Assembly: GCA_013265495.1 (NCBI GenBank)
Contig: MU057487.1
Location: 124,001 to 188,000 of the forward strand
DNA from: Vicugna vicugna
Taxonomy: Eukaryota
Length of the DNA stretch: 64,000 nucleotides
Direction of reading: 5' to 3'
The position numbers were made by a program, and so were the translations under genes. Below the pieces are notes generated by a model. It was not told where the DNA came from. It did no database searches and worked only from the letters and a program-made list of their open reading frames with translations. How positions within the stretch are numbered: the first letter of the stretch is position 1; the number at the start of each line of letters is the position of its first letter. This document shows positions 62,865-64,000 of this stretch, piece by piece.

Positions 62865-63325
62865 TTCTATCGAGATACAATTCACGTACCTTATAAAACC
62901 CAGCCATTTAAAGTGTACAATTCAGTTTTTCAGTATACTCACAGAATTGTGCAACTATCACTGCAATCTAAGTTTAAAACATTTTCATCATCCCATAAAG
63001 AAATCTCACACCATTGGCCATCACTCCACATACCCCGGCACCCCTCTAGACCTGGGCAACCGCTAATGTACTTTCTGACTCCATAGATTTGACTATTCTA
63101 GACATTTCATATAAATAGAAGCACATAGTATTTTACTACTGGTTTCTTTCACTTAGCGTGTTTTCAGAATCCATCATTTTGTAGCATGTATCAGTGCTTT
63201 ACTTCTTATTATGTCCAAAGAATATTCCATTGTAAGTATATACTACATTTTGTCTATCCATTTGTCATGTGATAGACATCTGTGCTGCTTCCACTTCTGT
63301 CTGTTGTAAATGATGCTGATAAGAA
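62865..63325 (-). mobile_element. L1M 3'-end fragment
   Basis: Contains ccatttaaagtgtacaattcag...tctagacatttcatataaat...aatattccattgta...tttgtctatccatt. Confidence 0.8.
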
Positions 63326-64000
63326 CAAAGGCAATGACTTTCCTACTGAGTTCATTGAATTCCTTGATAATTTTTTAACAAAGAAATAGTTGCATTTTCT
63401 ATGTTTACTAACATTTTAGAGAAGGAAATAGCAGCCTTTTTTGTGTTTTTTAATTCACTTGGCTCAAGAGATTTTGGAATTTAACACTATACGTTTTGGG
63501 AGAAAGAAAAACAAATCTAAAATGGGAAATACTACAGTGACTTAATTACAGGATTTAAGAATCTTAAAGTTCATGTGTACTTAAAAAAGACTCCTAGCCT
63601 TTTCTTAAAATCTGTTGAAATGATTTCACTCTCTCCTTTGAGAACTTTGTGTTCAAAAATTCCTTTCTCGTGGATTATCAAAATTGTACTGGCTGCTATA
63701 GGCCCCTTCTCATCTGCACTCAGTAAACTAGCCTCTCCCCACTGACATCTTGATACAGGGTGAAATTCTTCACCACACCTTCCTTGCATGATAGTATGAG
63801 TAGCTCCCATATTCACTTACCTAGGTGACATGTGACTGTCATACAAATGGATGGGAATATAAGGGTGTGAGTGTTGATCTGCATATTAGATTAAGAGGAA
63901 GCTTACTTTCTCTTTTATAAATAATCTCCCACTTAGTTTACATTCCAGTGTCTTCTTTCCACATCTTAATGTATATCCTTGCCTATTCCTGGAATGTGTA

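Overview
Mammalian (eukaryotic) genomic DNA, most likely camelid: it carries several copies of a short tRNA-derived SINE whose head (GGGGAGGGTATAGCTCAGTGGTAGAG...GGTCCTGGGTTCAATCCCCAGTACCTCC) matches my recollection of the camelid vic-1 family. The only protein-coding gene I can support is FBXO30 (MUSA1) on the minus strand. It has a non-coding exon 1 in a CpG island (~24090-23896), a ~2 kb exon 2 (15899-13853, ATG at 15883) and exon 3 (10079 to the stop at 9876), giving 744 aa with an N-terminal Cys/His-rich zinc-finger region and a C-terminal F-box. A long AT-rich 3'UTR follows, with candidate poly(A) signals at ~7540 and ~2890. The remaining ~40 kb upstream is intergenic and full of old interspersed repeats (L1M, L2, MIR, MLT1/MLT2 LTRs, MER DNA transposons) plus young SINEs. 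I found no CRISPR, operon or clearly new multi-gene system. The best second-look candidates concern FBXO30 regulation (a uORF-bearing cassette exon in intron 1, possible intronic polyadenylation after exon 2, FoxO sites, a divergent transcript), plus a near-perfect 3x108 bp tandem triplication, a 5'-inverted L1 and a tail-to-tail LTR pair with a deleted centre. Repeat family names and most repeat boundaries were recognised by eye and are approximate.
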